A stretch of DNA of 20,000 nucleotides from Balamuthia mandrillaris (GCA_031835245.2 JAVKOQ020000028.1:305778-325777), one strand, 5' to 3'; shown: positions 1 to 11,911, numbered from the stretch's first letter. Numbers and translations are program-made. Notes: generated by a model from the sequence alone, not told the origin.

Positions 1-3000
1 TTGGCCGAAGGAGGAGAACACAAACATTATTATCTTAAATACGAACAATACACACCGCTTTACTATGCCTGCAAACGAGGCCATCCAGAGCTTGTTCTTG
101 ATATACTCTTCCATCATACGGGTCGCCCCTTCCCTGAAATGGAGACCCTTCTCTATGAACAACGTGATCGCGTGGCTCAGCTCTTGATTGAACACAAAGC
201 CGATTTTCGGCTGTGTGTACGTGCTCATCTATTTTCTCTCTTTTTGTCTTCTCTCAGTTTCTTTTTAACTTACTGATATGAATATATTTCTATAGTTGTG
301 TCAAGCAGCACGTCAAGGAGAGTATCCAGTGGTACAATTTCACCTCCTCCCTACTTCTTCCTCTTTCCCTCTCCTTGTCTCTCCTTGTCTTTCCTTTTCT
401 CTTCTCTCTTGGACATATTACTGAACATTGCGTGGTATGTTTTATGACAGGCTTCATTGCTGCTGATGATGGGAGCAGACCCCAACGGAGCACCTGCTGA
501 AACTGTGGAGCGCATAGTGATAGAACGGAGACCTCCCCTTGAAGACATTCGAGTTCCTCCTGTGGCTCTTCGCCACCGGCCTTTGATGCAGGCTTGCTGG
601 GGCGGACATGTACATATAGTCAAATTACTATTACAATATTACGCAAAGGTTACCGATGATGAGGTTTGTTCTATTTGAATCAGCTATTTCTAATTGCTTG
701 TTTGTTTGTTTTCACTTTTTTTTTAAAAAAAATTTGCTCTCTGTATACAACACAGATAAACGCAGCATTTGACGGAGATCATAGGGAAATAGCAACTCTT
801 CTGCTGGAAGCAAAAGACCAACAGCGAGGAGGGACTTCTGTTTTGGACGATGAGCATTCGGCAAACTACGTGCAGCCACAACGGTCTCGTCCGCAGCAAC
901 AAGTGCAGCAGGCTACCCTTTCTACCTCTCAGACCAATACAGCGAGCTATCCAGTGTTGAATAATGGAGCGACTCCTGCACAATATCACCAAGATTTCAC
1001 GCCTTCTTATCACGAGACCAACCGACAGCAGCAAACACAACAACCCTCCCCGAGAGGGCCACGAAGGGACAGCAATGCATCCTCCTCATTAAGCGTGGAG
1101 GAATACAGCACCTACCCTCCTGCTACCTCTGCTTCCGCTTCCGCTTCATATGCCCCGCCACCACCAGAGCATGCTCAATACTTGGAAGATGGGAACTTAA
1201 TAGGTTCAACTGGGCACGGAAACGATTTGAACTCAATCCAGGTACAAGTGGACACCAACTCCGACCCTCACCAACACCACAACCAACCTCAGTTGGGTGA
1301 ACTCTTGGATGAGACGTATGCCGCCGGCGAAAACTCTTACACTCCTTCCTCTTTGCACATACCTCTCCAACCTGAGCCGCTCTATCAGCAACACCAAGGT
1401 GGCGCCAGTAGTATGCACAGTCCACAACAACCGCCCCGCGCGTTAACGCCATCTCCTCGTGCTCATTCACCTCTCTATCCTTCTCATGTTCGTGGACAGC
1501 AGCCACAACAGCAGTTGCAATCTCATTTGCATACGCCTTTGCAACCGCTGCGAGAACGGGCTCAGTCGCAGGACCGCATGACCCTATCCTCCTCTTCATC
1601 TTCCAACTTTAACAACAACAGTCAACACCTCAATCATCGGCCAAGTTTACAAGAAGAGCAACTGTCAGACCACCATTCACCTGGAGACTCTCGCAGCAGC
1701 CTTGCAACAGCCGATTTTGACGCATCTTCTTCCATCTTTGAGCACCGGCGTTCGCGGTCGGATGAGCCATCCTTCATACGAACTGCGGAAAGCTCGCAAC
1801 CAGTCAACAACACACCTTATGAGCAACAGCACCGAACGTTAGAACAACAACCACAACAGCAACAGCAACAGCAACAACAATACCAGATCTACCCTCACTT
1901 TGATCCTTACCAACAACCCCAACAAACGTCCGCCTCCTCGTCCCTTCCTTACCAACCGCAAGCGCCTTCCTACCCCCATCAGTATCAACAGCGACAACAG
2001 CAAACTAGCCCACCGCCCTATCCTGGCATGGGCAGTGGTGATGCTTCTTCGTCTTCATCTAGCCAAGCAATGCTACGTCAGTATCAACAACACCAACAAG
2101 CTTACAATCATCCTTCGTCTCCCCTCAGACCTACACCTTCCCAATCCAGTGGCTTAGCTCCCCAATTGGAGTTCCTGAGTTTGGAGGGACAGACCGGCCA
2201 CTCTCCGCCTGCTTCCCCTTCTCATTCCCCTTCACAACAGCAACAACCACTGCAACACCGGCCAAGTCAACAGCTGGTAGGCCTGTCCCCCATGCGTGTG
2301 CCTCCTTCGCCCGCCTCTCCTCCGTCGCCCATGCCAGTGCATCATCCTCACCATCCTTATGGTCCCCCACCCATGAATGCTGCTTATGACGTTCAAGCGC
2401 AAGCTTTAAAAGCACATGCTCAAGCGCAAGCGGCTCAAGTTCAAGCCCAGATTCAAGCTCGTGCCGCTCATCACGTTCAAATGCAGCAACAGCAACAAGA
2501 GCAGCAACGTCAACAGCAACAACAAGCTCAAGTGGCCAGAATACAACAACAGGTACCTCCCCCCTTTAGAGAATATAATTGTTCTGTTCTTTCACATTGC
2601 TGTGCCCTCTTCTCTCTCTCTTCTCTCTCTCTCTCTCTCTCTCTTGCTTCTCTCCGACGTTCTCCTGCATCGGAGAAAATTAACTTTTCTGTGTTGCAAC
2701 AGGCCTCTCCTCAACCAGCTTTGGACTATTATGGCGGCGGTGGAGGATTGGGTTTGGTGGAAATCGGAGCATTGGCTGCAGCTATGGCCAAGGAAGCACG
2801 GCAAGACTCGGCAGAAAGCAAGGAAAGAGCGCAGGTAACCACTGAGGATGGCTACGAGCTGGACTTTGACGAATTGGAAATAAGTAGAGAGATAGCTAGG
2901 GGTAGTTTCGGTATCGTTTACTTTGGTAAATTCAGAGGAACGGAAGTGGCTATCAAGAAACTTTTGAACCAGAAACTGACAAAGAAAGAACTGGACGAAT

Positions 3001-4111
3001 TCAGCAGCGAAATCAATGTAATGAAGTGCGTACTTTCTTTCCTCTTTATTTTTCATTTTTTCATTTTGTTTTGGCACAAAACATCTGACATTGCTTTTCT
3101 TGGCAACCTCCAGAAAATTGCATCACCCAAATGTGGTATGTATCTCCTTCTTTTCTCACAATCTATTTTTATATCATTCCAGCTTCGCGACTCATCACAA
3201 TATTCTTTCAATAATAAAAATTAGTTGTTGCTTATGGGTGTGTGCCGCATTCCGCCGAACTTGTGCATGGTTACCGAGTTGATGACGGGCAGTCTCTGGG
3301 ATTTGCTACACAAATCAAAGGGACGACATGTGCAAATTTCTCTTAAGATGGCGATGGGCTTCATTCTTGACACCGCCAAAGGAATGGTTCGGTTTGGTGT
3401 TATGTTTTTGCTTTTGCTCCAATTCTAACGTTCGTTTATTTTGGTGTTCAATGCAGAATTATTTACACTTGTTTAGGCCGCCAGTGTTGCATCGGGATCT
3501 CAAGACTCCTAATCTATTGGTGATTCTCTTCTTCCACTCTTCTTTCATGACTCTGCGTTTCTAACTTCATTCTGGTTCTGTTTGGGGAATAAAAAAACAT
3601 AGGTGGATTCTCACTTTAACGTAAAAATTGCTGACTTTGGACTAGCACGGCTTAAATCTCACATGATGACTGGCAATCTTGGTACTTGCCAATACATGGC
3701 TCCTGGTTTGTTTTCCCTTCTCTCATTTATATCTTTTATTTCTTTTTTGTTTTATTATTTGCTGTTGCTGCGTTGGTTTTTGTTTGTTTTGCTTCATTTC
3801 TTACAATATCAACTAACACCACCCGCCATTACATAACAGAGGTAATAAAAAGTGAGAGCTACTCCGAGTCAGCGGACGTGTACAGCTTTGGAATAGTGAT
3901 GTGGGAGATCCTAACACGGCGTCCTCCTTTTCACGGCATGCAAACCATGCAGATTGCATACGGGGTGGTGCACAGCGGCCTTCGACCCCCCATACCGCCT
4001 TCCTGTCCTCCTCCTTTGGCCTGCCTCATGCAAGAATGTTGGCATCAGGATCCAAACAGAAGACCTTCTTTCTCCCATATTTTGGATCGCCTCAAAGCTA
4101 TTCCTATCTGA
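1..4111 (+). CDS. Ankyrin-repeat + Q/P/S-rich linker + TKL-group (Raf/MAP3K-like) protein kinase; 5' end lies upstream of the window; multi-exon
   Basis: Hand-spliced exons <1-216, 296-331, 451-663, 756-2552, 2703-3025, 3114-3135, 3225-3386, 3457-3519, 3603-3705 and 3840-4111, all GT..AG and frame-preserving. Ankyrin motifs: TPLYYACKRGH, LCQAARQGEYPVASLLLMMGADPN, PLMQACWGGHVHIVKLLL. Kinase motifs: IARGSFGIVY, VAIK, HRDLKTPN, DFG, GTCQYMAPE, DVYSFGIVMWE, CWHQDPNRRPSF. Confidence 0.93.
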
Positions 4112-4246
4112 TTGCTTTGTTTTGAATTGTTCCCTCTGTGTTTTTTTTCTTTTTTGTTCTTGTTACAAAACAACATTACTCTTAAATAATTAAATTATTG
4201 TTTCGTTTACGTTTCTCTCTCCCTTTCCCTTGCTCGTTATCTCTTT

Positions 4247-4323
4247 CTCTCTGCTCTCTGCTCTCTGCTCTCTGCTCTCTGCTCTCTGCTCTCTGCTCTC
4301 TGCTCTCTGCTCTCTGCTCTCTG
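4247..4323. repeat. Heptanucleotide microsatellite (CTCTCTG)x11, followed by degenerate CT-rich units to about 4362
   Basis: Directly visible perfect tandem repeat between the kinase stop codon and the F-box gene start. Confidence 0.95.
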
Positions 4324-4453
4324 CTCTCCCCTCTCTCCTCTCTCCTCTCCCCTCTCCTCTCCTTTCGCTCTGTTTCTTGCGCTCTCCTGTCTCCCGCATT
4401 TGTTGCTGTTGTCAATAATTTCATCGTGGCGGAGGAAAAATTTTGTCCGAGAA

Positions 4454-6136
4454 ATGTGGAAGAGGCGCAGCAGGCACGAGGAATGGGAGGACGAAGAAAC
4501 AGACGAAACGCGTCCGATCCGTCTGTATGATCTACCGCCCGAGCTGCTCGTCCTGTGCTTTTCCTTCTTGGACAATGGCAGAACGTTGCAGTCGCTCAGC
4601 GCCGTGTGCCGCACGTGGAGAGATTTAGTCATGGATCCCTCTCTCCAGACGCGCCTTGGTTTTTGCAGCCCTTCCACAGCGCAACGCTTTACTTTCAAGG
4701 CACGAGAGCAAGCGTTGGCCGGCCACGCCGGAGTGGTGTTTTGCATGACGTTATGGCCGCAAGAGGACCTCCTCCTTAGCGGGAGCTACGACGGATCCGT
4801 CCGAGCCTGGGATAGAGATGGTTACTTTTCTTTTCCTCCTTTCCTTCCCTCCTTCACTTCTTTTTCCTTTCCTCTATCCCTTCTTTCGAAACGATAGTGG
4901 TTTATCCTGTGGTTGAACTTTTTTTTCAACAAAACTCTGAAAGGTAACTTTGTAAAGATGATCAAAGCGACGGGATCTTTTGTGTTCGGTGTGCGCGTAT
5001 GGAGGAATATAGTCTGCGAGGCTTGCTATGATGGAAAACTAAGACTGTGGAAGGACGACCAAGTGGTGAAAGAGCTGTCAGGCCATAGGTTTGAAGACCC
5101 ATTTTTCTTGCCCTTTGAACGAGGCAGAAAGAAGAAGAATTGTTATATTCATTTCATTAACCTTCTCAACCAAACACCAAACAGCAACGGGCTATATTCA
5201 GTTGTGGTGTGGAAGGATAAGCTCTGCACATCCAGCTTTGATAGGACAATTCGACTCTGGGACCCAGAAAAAGGGACTTGCTTGCAAGTATTTGAGGGCC
5301 ACACAAACAACGTCCAGGCTATCATTGGCTGGGGAGGTAAGAGCAAAGAAGCAAAGAGAGAAAAAAAGTGAATGTAATGACAGAAAGGCAAAAAGGAGGG
5401 TGAGAGTAACGAGTGAAATGAAGATACTAACAATTTGTTATCTGCATGAATGGAATAGATCTGCTGTGGAGTGGCAGTTGGGATTGCTCCTTAAGGGCGT
5501 GGGATTCTGATGGAAAGCAAGTTCACAATCTATCAGCTGGAAGTACCATACGCAGTTTAGAGGTTTGGAATGACCGTATTTATTCGGGTAACCTTGTCGT
5601 TGATCCTCCTTCTTTCATCACTTTATTCACTCACTCTCTCTCTCTCTCTCTCTTTGCCTTCAAATCAAACAGGAATGGCAACAGGGGAGATAAAGGAATG
5701 GGACAAAGAAGGAAGGCTGCGTGCCGTTATGAGTGGACACAAAGGCGAGGTCCATTGCCTCAAAGCATGGAATGGGCTTCTTATATCTGGTGATTGGAAA
5801 GGGTATTTGCGAGCGTGGGATTGTACTGGTCGATGCGTGGCTGAAACGCAGGCACACACCAACGTAGTCACCAGCCTTGAAGTTTGGAATAATGCTCTCT
5901 ATACGGCGAGTTATGATAAGCTGATCAAAGTGTGGGATTGGGGCTTGATTGAGGAAGAGCTGTTGTATGACAGTGGAACCAGGCAGTCCATCGAGTACTC
6001 TATTTCTAGGCATCCTCTGCCAAAGGACATCACCAAAACGAAGAAGGTGGAAAAAGCGAAAGAGGAGAAACAGAGGGATGTGAAAGAAGAAGCGTCTGTA
6101 GCAGAAACTTCGGACAAACGCTGCTTACTGTCTTGA
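4454..6136 (+). CDS. F-box/WD40-repeat protein with C-terminal CaaX motif (CLLS)
   Basis: Exons 4454-4820, 4944-5088, 5185-5336, 5459-5587 and 5673-6136 (GT..AG, in frame). F-box: LYDLPPELLVLCFSFLD...LSAVCRTWRDLV. WD40 repeats: GHAGVV..SGSYDGSVRAWD, GHSNGLY..SSFDRTIRLWD, GHTNNV..SGSWDCSLRAWD, GHKGEV..LRAWD, AHTNVV..ASYDKLIKVWD. Ends KRCLLS*. Confidence 0.93.
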
Positions 6137-6212
6137 AAATTGCACGAAAAATTATAACATTATTCAAGAAGAACACAAGCCTTGCGCTTGACTTCTGCCT
6201 TTTCTTTGAACT

Positions 6213-6726
6213 TTGCCTTCGAAGCAGATGCTGGCCAAGTGGTTCGACACATTACGATGGACGTACAACAAGGCCGTGGAGTTCCATCGCGAACATAAGG
6301 GAATGCCTCTTGAGGAGATGAAAAAGCAAGTCAGCGAAAAATTCCTGAATAACGGTAAGACGACAAGAGCCTTGCGTGGGTTGGAAACTCCTCGATACAT
6401 TCGCAGCGACGCTGCGGATGACTTCTTCAAGGGAGTGAAAACGAGCCTGAAGGCGGGCAGGACTGGATTCGAGATGAAGTTCCATGGGATCCAGGAGTGC
6501 GCACATTCATGACCACCTACAACAGCTGCGGGGAGGTCACCGAGTGGGGCAAAGCGGAGATCAACGAGATAGGCAAGCTGTGCCATCGCCTGGATCGCAT
6601 GCAGAGCAAGGGCACCAAGGTCAACCACAGACTAAGGCGCCATCTCCGAAGGGCCGCTGCTCGGCTTCGCCAGAGGATCCGCAACCTGGTGGTCTGGTGA
6701 CCTCCTCCACAAGAAGCTCGTGTCTT
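6213..6726 (+). pseudogene. Fanzor2 (eukaryotic TnpB/IS607-lineage RNA-guided nuclease) remnant, internally deleted and 3'-truncated
   Basis: The first frame gives KQMLAKWFDTLRWTYNKAVE...ETPRYIRSDAADDFFKGVKTSLK..FEMKF, matching the N-terminal WED/REC region. It is joined out of frame to DPGVRTFMTTYNSCGEVTEWGKAEINEIGKLCHRLDRMQSK...RRAAARLRQRIRNLV..LLHKKLVS (RuvC-I Asp at 6488-6490 plus bridge helix). The segment is intronless and GC-richer than its flanks. Confidence 0.88.
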
Positions 6727-6867
6727 GATCTTGGCGTTCCGCGCTTTCGTCTTTCTTCTTTCGTTCCGTTTTTTTCTTTTCGTGTTCAATTTGTTAAGAA
6801 TTTGAGCTCGAATTCTTCTCGAAAAATTACATTTTTTAAATGTTTTTCGAAGAGAAAAGTGCAGGAC

Positions 6868-8188
6868 ATGCTTCGCAGCAAGTGTTCCGCTTCCTTCGCA
6901 CCTGGCGCCCTTTTAGTGCGCGTTTTCTCTCGACTGGGACCTTAAACGGAGCCATCTCACCTTCTATGCGTGGCGATTACTATTACATCCCCTGGCGAAC
7001 TCAACTAAACAAGTCCTTTTGCCTTTCATCCAGCGCGGTGATTTCGTGATGTTTTATGGACCTCGTGCCGCCTCAAAATCTACACACATTGAAGAAGCCA
7101 AAGAACAATTGCAAAACGAACTCACTTGTCTTACGTATGTGGTTTCTTATCTTTCTTTTCTTTCTTTCTTTTTGTTAAGATTTTGTGTTTTTCTGAAGCA
7201 CATCCTTCCAAGTGGGCGTAGACTTTGACAACAAGGCAGCTTTCTGGGAGTCATTTGGTGATTCTCTGAGGCGAAGCAACGTCCACGCTGAAATCCCCCC
7301 TATTCGTTCGGCCAATGATTTTGCTGGCTGGTTATCTAAGACAACATCCCAGTGACACAAAAACCGTTCTCTTCATAGACGAATTCGATTTGATTTACAA
7401 GGCACCCAGTGACGTTGTGGACTCCCTGCTCAACGTCCTTCGGGGCATTAAACAGGATCGAGCAAACTATGTCCTTCACGTATTACTGCTTTTTGCTGAT
7501 TATTATTATTGCCAGTACCATTTCTCATTGCCTCTTTTTTTTTTTTTCTTTTTTCTTAGTCCCTTGTAGCCGTGGGGCCTTTCAGCATTCTGGAATTGAC
7601 AGGGAGAAGTGCTTCCCCGTTCAATGTCAAGGAAGCCATCAGGGTGCCTCTCTTTGTGGAAGACGATTTCCAAAAGGTGTTTGAGGAATTTAACTCTGAT
7701 CGAGGGAAAGTCTTTGACTCCAACATTCCAACTGATATCTATGAACACACCAGAGGGTATCTCCCTTGCTATCTTGCCCTTTCCAATCCCATCATAGCTA
7801 ATGTTCTATTGTTTTTTGTTGTGGTGAAAACAGGCATCCTGGCCTAGTTTGCTTTTGTTGCAAGGGCTTAGATGAGCAAATGCGAAAGGGAAAGAGCAGG
7901 ATTTCCTACAATCAGTGGCTAGAGTATGCCACATTAAAACTTCCAGGACAACTTCGTGTGTATGCCACTATGAAGAAATTAGTGGACACACTCACTGCTG
8001 ATGATGCAGCTGAAGCAAGGCACTTGTTAACAGAAAAGCTTCTTCCTTCACTGGGATATGTTGAACTTTCAGACCCAACTGAAGCACAACTAGGGCGATT
8101 CTTGGCAGCTGAGGGAGCAGTAGATTGCATAGATAAGGCTCAGACATTTACTATCCCATCCCCTCTTATTAGAAGCATACTAGCAAAG
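6868..8188 (+). pseudogene. STAND/AAA-type P-loop NTPase (AAA_35-like), frameshifted and 3'-truncated
   Basis: Degenerate Walker A FVMFYGPRAASKST, Walker B TVLFIDEFD, SPFNV motif and TRGHPGLV (GxP) motif. Introns at 7135-7198, 7480-7559 and 7757-7833. Frameshifts near 6880, 7020 and 7340. Family-like sequence ends after IPSPLIRSILAK at about 8188. Confidence 0.75.
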
Positions 8189-8833
8189 CGTGATACTTCA
8201 ACGTACAGAAATGGCGAAGAGAAGGTCGTCGAGCAGAGCGAGTTCCTGTACGCAAGGAGGCAGCACGCTCAGCCGAACCACCGAAGTGGACTTCTCTTTG
8301 GGCTGTGAGTTGCTCTGTCGAGGTCAAAAAGCCCACAGCTGTTGAGCAAAGTTATCTTTGGAGGAGAGTTTGGCTACCGATGGGGTGCTGAAGGAAGGAG
8401 AAGGACGATACGCGGCGAGCTCTTCTCGAAACACAGCAGAAGTGGAGGAAGAAGAGGAAGAAGAAGAAGAAGAAGAGCTTCTCACTTCCTTTTTGCGGTA
8501 GCTGAGAATGGTTGCCGATTTGGTGACCGCTGCACGGCTGCTGCTCGATTCCGCCCTGTTGCTGCTACGACTTTGTCCTCTACCCTCATTGCTCGCCCTT
8601 CTCGTTCTTCTGTTCGTCCTCCTCCTTCTCCGTTTCCAGCGAAAAACTGATAAAACCCCGAAACATTTTGGTTTCCGCGGCCAAAGCAACGAAAGAGAGA
8701 GCTTGAGCAGCGGCAGGCATCACCAGCACATCAGGCTAGACATAGTACTCTTTCAGAGGCCAGACGGCAAGCCCCAAATGCGACAGTACTATCTCTCGAG
8801 ACTACTTCGTACTCGACCAAGCAAGGGTGGACC

Positions 8834-10394
8834 ATGGCGATGACGTCACTGCTGCTGAGACGATCCTTCACCACCCCGCTGCCACCCGCACACACCCTTC
8901 TCTCTTGTCAAAGGCTCAAACAACCTGGCGCACTACAGCCAAGGGAAACGGCACTTTCTCGCGACCACCCCCACCACCACCACAGAACAGGGAAGAAACG
9001 AGGATGAGGCACAAACGGCTCCCTCTTCAATGGGAGAACGCTTTGGAGGGGGTCAGCGAAGAACTCTACGACGAAGTGGAGCCCTGCTCTTTTCCTTCTC
9101 TACAGCTACGCTTTCGCAACGATCGGTTTTTGGGCGGCAATAACCGCAACGATGACGACAACATCTCTGACGAAAAGCTTGTTCGCTACTTTGGCGGATG
9201 GGAAGTATGTGACGCCTCAGATCGAAGACTTGATGGGGGTAATCACAAGTTCCTTGCTCTGGCCACTACAATGAGGATATTGGCGATGACAGAGGCTTTC
9301 TCATTGGGCAGATACGAGCCGCCGATGGAAAGGTTCATCTCTCTCTGGATGGAGTGGACGCTAGGCAAAGTGTTGGCAAAGCAGCCTCATGTGAATATTA
9401 CATGAATATAACAGGAGAAGCTTTTGACTGTGGCCCATTTGCCTTTATGGTCAGTATCGTCCTTCTGGTTCTCGCTTTGGCGCTACTACCCTCTAAGCTT
9501 AATGTTATCAGGAATTCTACAATCCTCGTTTCACGGCTGCCTACTTTGATATGGAGCTTCCAAAACCAGAAGAAGGCATGCCATTGGAACTTGGAAATGC
9601 TGCAATACCCCTTTTCCATGTTCGTGGAGAGAACGGAGCCGGAAAAGGCTTTAGAGGGCAGCTATGACACTACTTTTTAACAGGAATATAACAAACGGCT
9701 GCTCTGCAAGCTAGGATTCAGTGACGACAATCATCTCACTCCTCAACTCTACTCTCGTGTATATCGTGAATGGAAGCTCATAGAGAAAACTATTTCCTTC
9801 TTCTTCCAAAGCACACATGCTCATTGCCGTTCCGAACTTCTTCATCCTCTTGAGGAAACATTTCCGAATTTGACAAACAATACGACATACTTGACCTTCT
9901 TCAAACTGAGCAAGCGCAACACCCAACCAACGCCTCTTCTTTCTCCTCTTTGTTCCCACCTTCCTCTACAGTAGAACAACAACGACCCGTTCTGAAGGAA
10001 AAAGACAAGGCAGAAGTGAAGCGCTGGATGGAGATTTACAACCACGTCCTTTCTCACCCCATGAGGCAAGGCGACGCGCCAACACGAGTTTACCAATAAA
10101 TAAAGGGACGGTGCTTCGTTCATCGCCAGTGAGCTAGCTACGAGAGTTATATTATCATTTCACTTGGTTTCAGTCTCCCAATAGCAGGTCTTGCACAGAT
10201 GGTCGTACAAGTGACGAAGCTATCCCACACGACGCCATTTACCAAGAGCTTACTCTTGAAGAGCAAAAAGAAAATGATCAACGAAAGCAAGAACTAGAAC
10301 AGAAGCTTGAAGTCAGCGAGAAGGCGGAGGAAAGATCAATAACAACTACAGCAGAAGGAAACAAAAAAATGTGGAAAGTACTCCTATGCTACTG
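8834..10394 (+). pseudogene. Degenerate multi-exon gene of unknown function
   Basis: Protein-like blocks in shifting frames: MAMTSLLLRRSFTT..., RHKRLPLQWENALEGVSEELYDEVEPC...WMEWTLGKV, EFYNPRFTAAYFDMELP..., EYNKRLLCKLGFSDD..., IYQELTLEEQKE.... There are splice-like junctions (e.g. GTCAGT at 9450), internal stops and a short duplication near 9392-9412. No family recognised. Confidence 0.4.
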
Positions 10395-10550
10395 ACCTTA
10401 GAAGACAGTCTTGTTCTGGTGCTGTTTCTTGCTGTTTCTGTGATTCCAATATTTCTTGTTGTGGTGCTGCGAGCTAATCTAACTGATAAGAATCGCAAAA
10501 TAAAATAAAATAAAATAAAATTGACATTAGATTTCAAAGGAGATATTACC

Positions 10551-11911
10551 CGATTGCGATGACCCATGGAGTGAAGCCTATAAGCGCCGTCATAGGCAGC
10601 CGTAAAGTTAAGATCAAGCAAATGCTCTAGTAATTGCTGAACAAACAGGCTTACACATTTCTTCCGAGCCGAGCTAGACTTTTCCTTACGCAATCGTATA
10701 TGTAGACCGCTCCAGAGAAATGCAAGAATGCAGCCTCGCACGAATGAGTCTGGATGTTCAAGACCAGCCCCTCCTCCGCTGTAAAGTTGGTTGCTTTCCA
10801 CGTCTAACAGTTTGCGTTGAGGGCCATACAAGCAAAAACGAAGAAGAATGCGTTCTAACCTTTGAAAGCCATTGTGTGGAAGGTTCTGCTGTTGCAGGAG
10901 AAGAATACAAGGCCGAAGGCAGTGTATTGGGAATGACTAGCGCCAAACATCCAAAGATAGGAGCAATGAAATCGTGTGTTGCCACCTCCAAACCCTCCAC
11001 ACATGCTTCCATAATATTCTCGGCCAGCGCCGTCGGTATGGTCTCCTCATAATTTCTTTGTATTTGCTGAATATTTTTGTACAACACCAATTAACAGCAC
11101 GAAAGAACAGAAGAACAAGCAAGGAGTACATACAATGAAGGTTGTAATAAGGAGTTTGGCACATTCCCACTTGAGTTTAGTAAGCCTGGCAAACTTGTAA
11201 CGTTGTGAGTGGTGGGGATCTGTGGGACTGACGATGATAGTGGTCGTGGTCGATCTACTACTTCTTTTCCTTTATCACGCGAAGACGCAGAAGGTGGATC
11301 AGATGGGAGCGAAGTAGAAGCAGACGAAATAGACGGCAAAGAGGTTAGCGATGCACCCATACTTGCCTTTTCCTGTGCTTGAGGCCTGCTGACAGCAAAA
11401 GAGTTCCTAGTTCCTCCAGAGGAAGCGTCGGTGATTGTACTCAGGTGAGGGCCATCATCTTTTCCTAGAGCTCGACCACAGGGAAGGCCTACGGGGCGTT
11501 CCACTTGTGCTACGGGCAGGAGGTCTGTCAGTGCTTTCTGTCGTATTGCTCTTGATGCTCCTTGTGGAGATGTGGTATTGAAGTGTTGGGCGAGGTTCGC
11601 ATCGTTGAAGTAGTCGTTTCACATGTGTTGGAAGCATGAGTGGATCGCGGAGGAGGAGGAGCAGAGGGACGGGAGCAAGGAGAGCCGTTGCGAAATAGTT
11701 GCGGGGCAGGGCGGCATTGCTTTTGGTGAGTACGGCAGAGACGGCAAAAACTTGGCAGTGCTTCAGGACGACACGAATTTCTCTGAGTTTTTTGCAGAAG
11801 AAGGGGCAAAAGGAAGTGGCCGCAAATGCAGTACCCACGCTTCCCGCTTTCTTCCCTCGCTTCTGTGACCCTTCCTCGCTGCTTGGCGGCACCGCGCTCC
11901 ACTTTTTCCAT
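10551..11911 (-). pseudogene. Possible Zn(II)2Cys6-cluster transcription factor remnant
   Basis: The minus strand at 11808-11714 reads CPFFCKKLR / NSCRPEALPSFCRLCRTHQKQC across one frameshift. It is preceded by a basic patch (KRGKK) and followed by an S/P-rich linker and helical-looking exons (NYEETIPTALAENIMEACVEGL; DSFVRGCILAFLWSGLHIRL). Boundaries are uncertain. Confidence 0.4.

Noticed and set aside
666..3224. 852-aa ORF as a complete protein with hydrophobic, signal-like segments
   Set aside because: The hydrophobic stretches are read-through of introns 664-755, 2553-2702 and 3026-3113.
4182..4746. ORFs containing RAESREQ and LSALCSL repeats
   Set aside because: They are translations of the (CTCTCTG)n microsatellite or antisense to the F-box gene.
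6727..6860. Possible Fanzor omegaRNA or transposon right end
   Set aside because: The ORF is truncated well before its C-terminus, and the downstream sequence is T-rich, host-like DNA with no convincing structure or terminal repeat.
8190..8830. Short overlapping ORFs around a GAA repeat
   Set aside because: Low complexity, no recognisable domain and no consistent exon chain.
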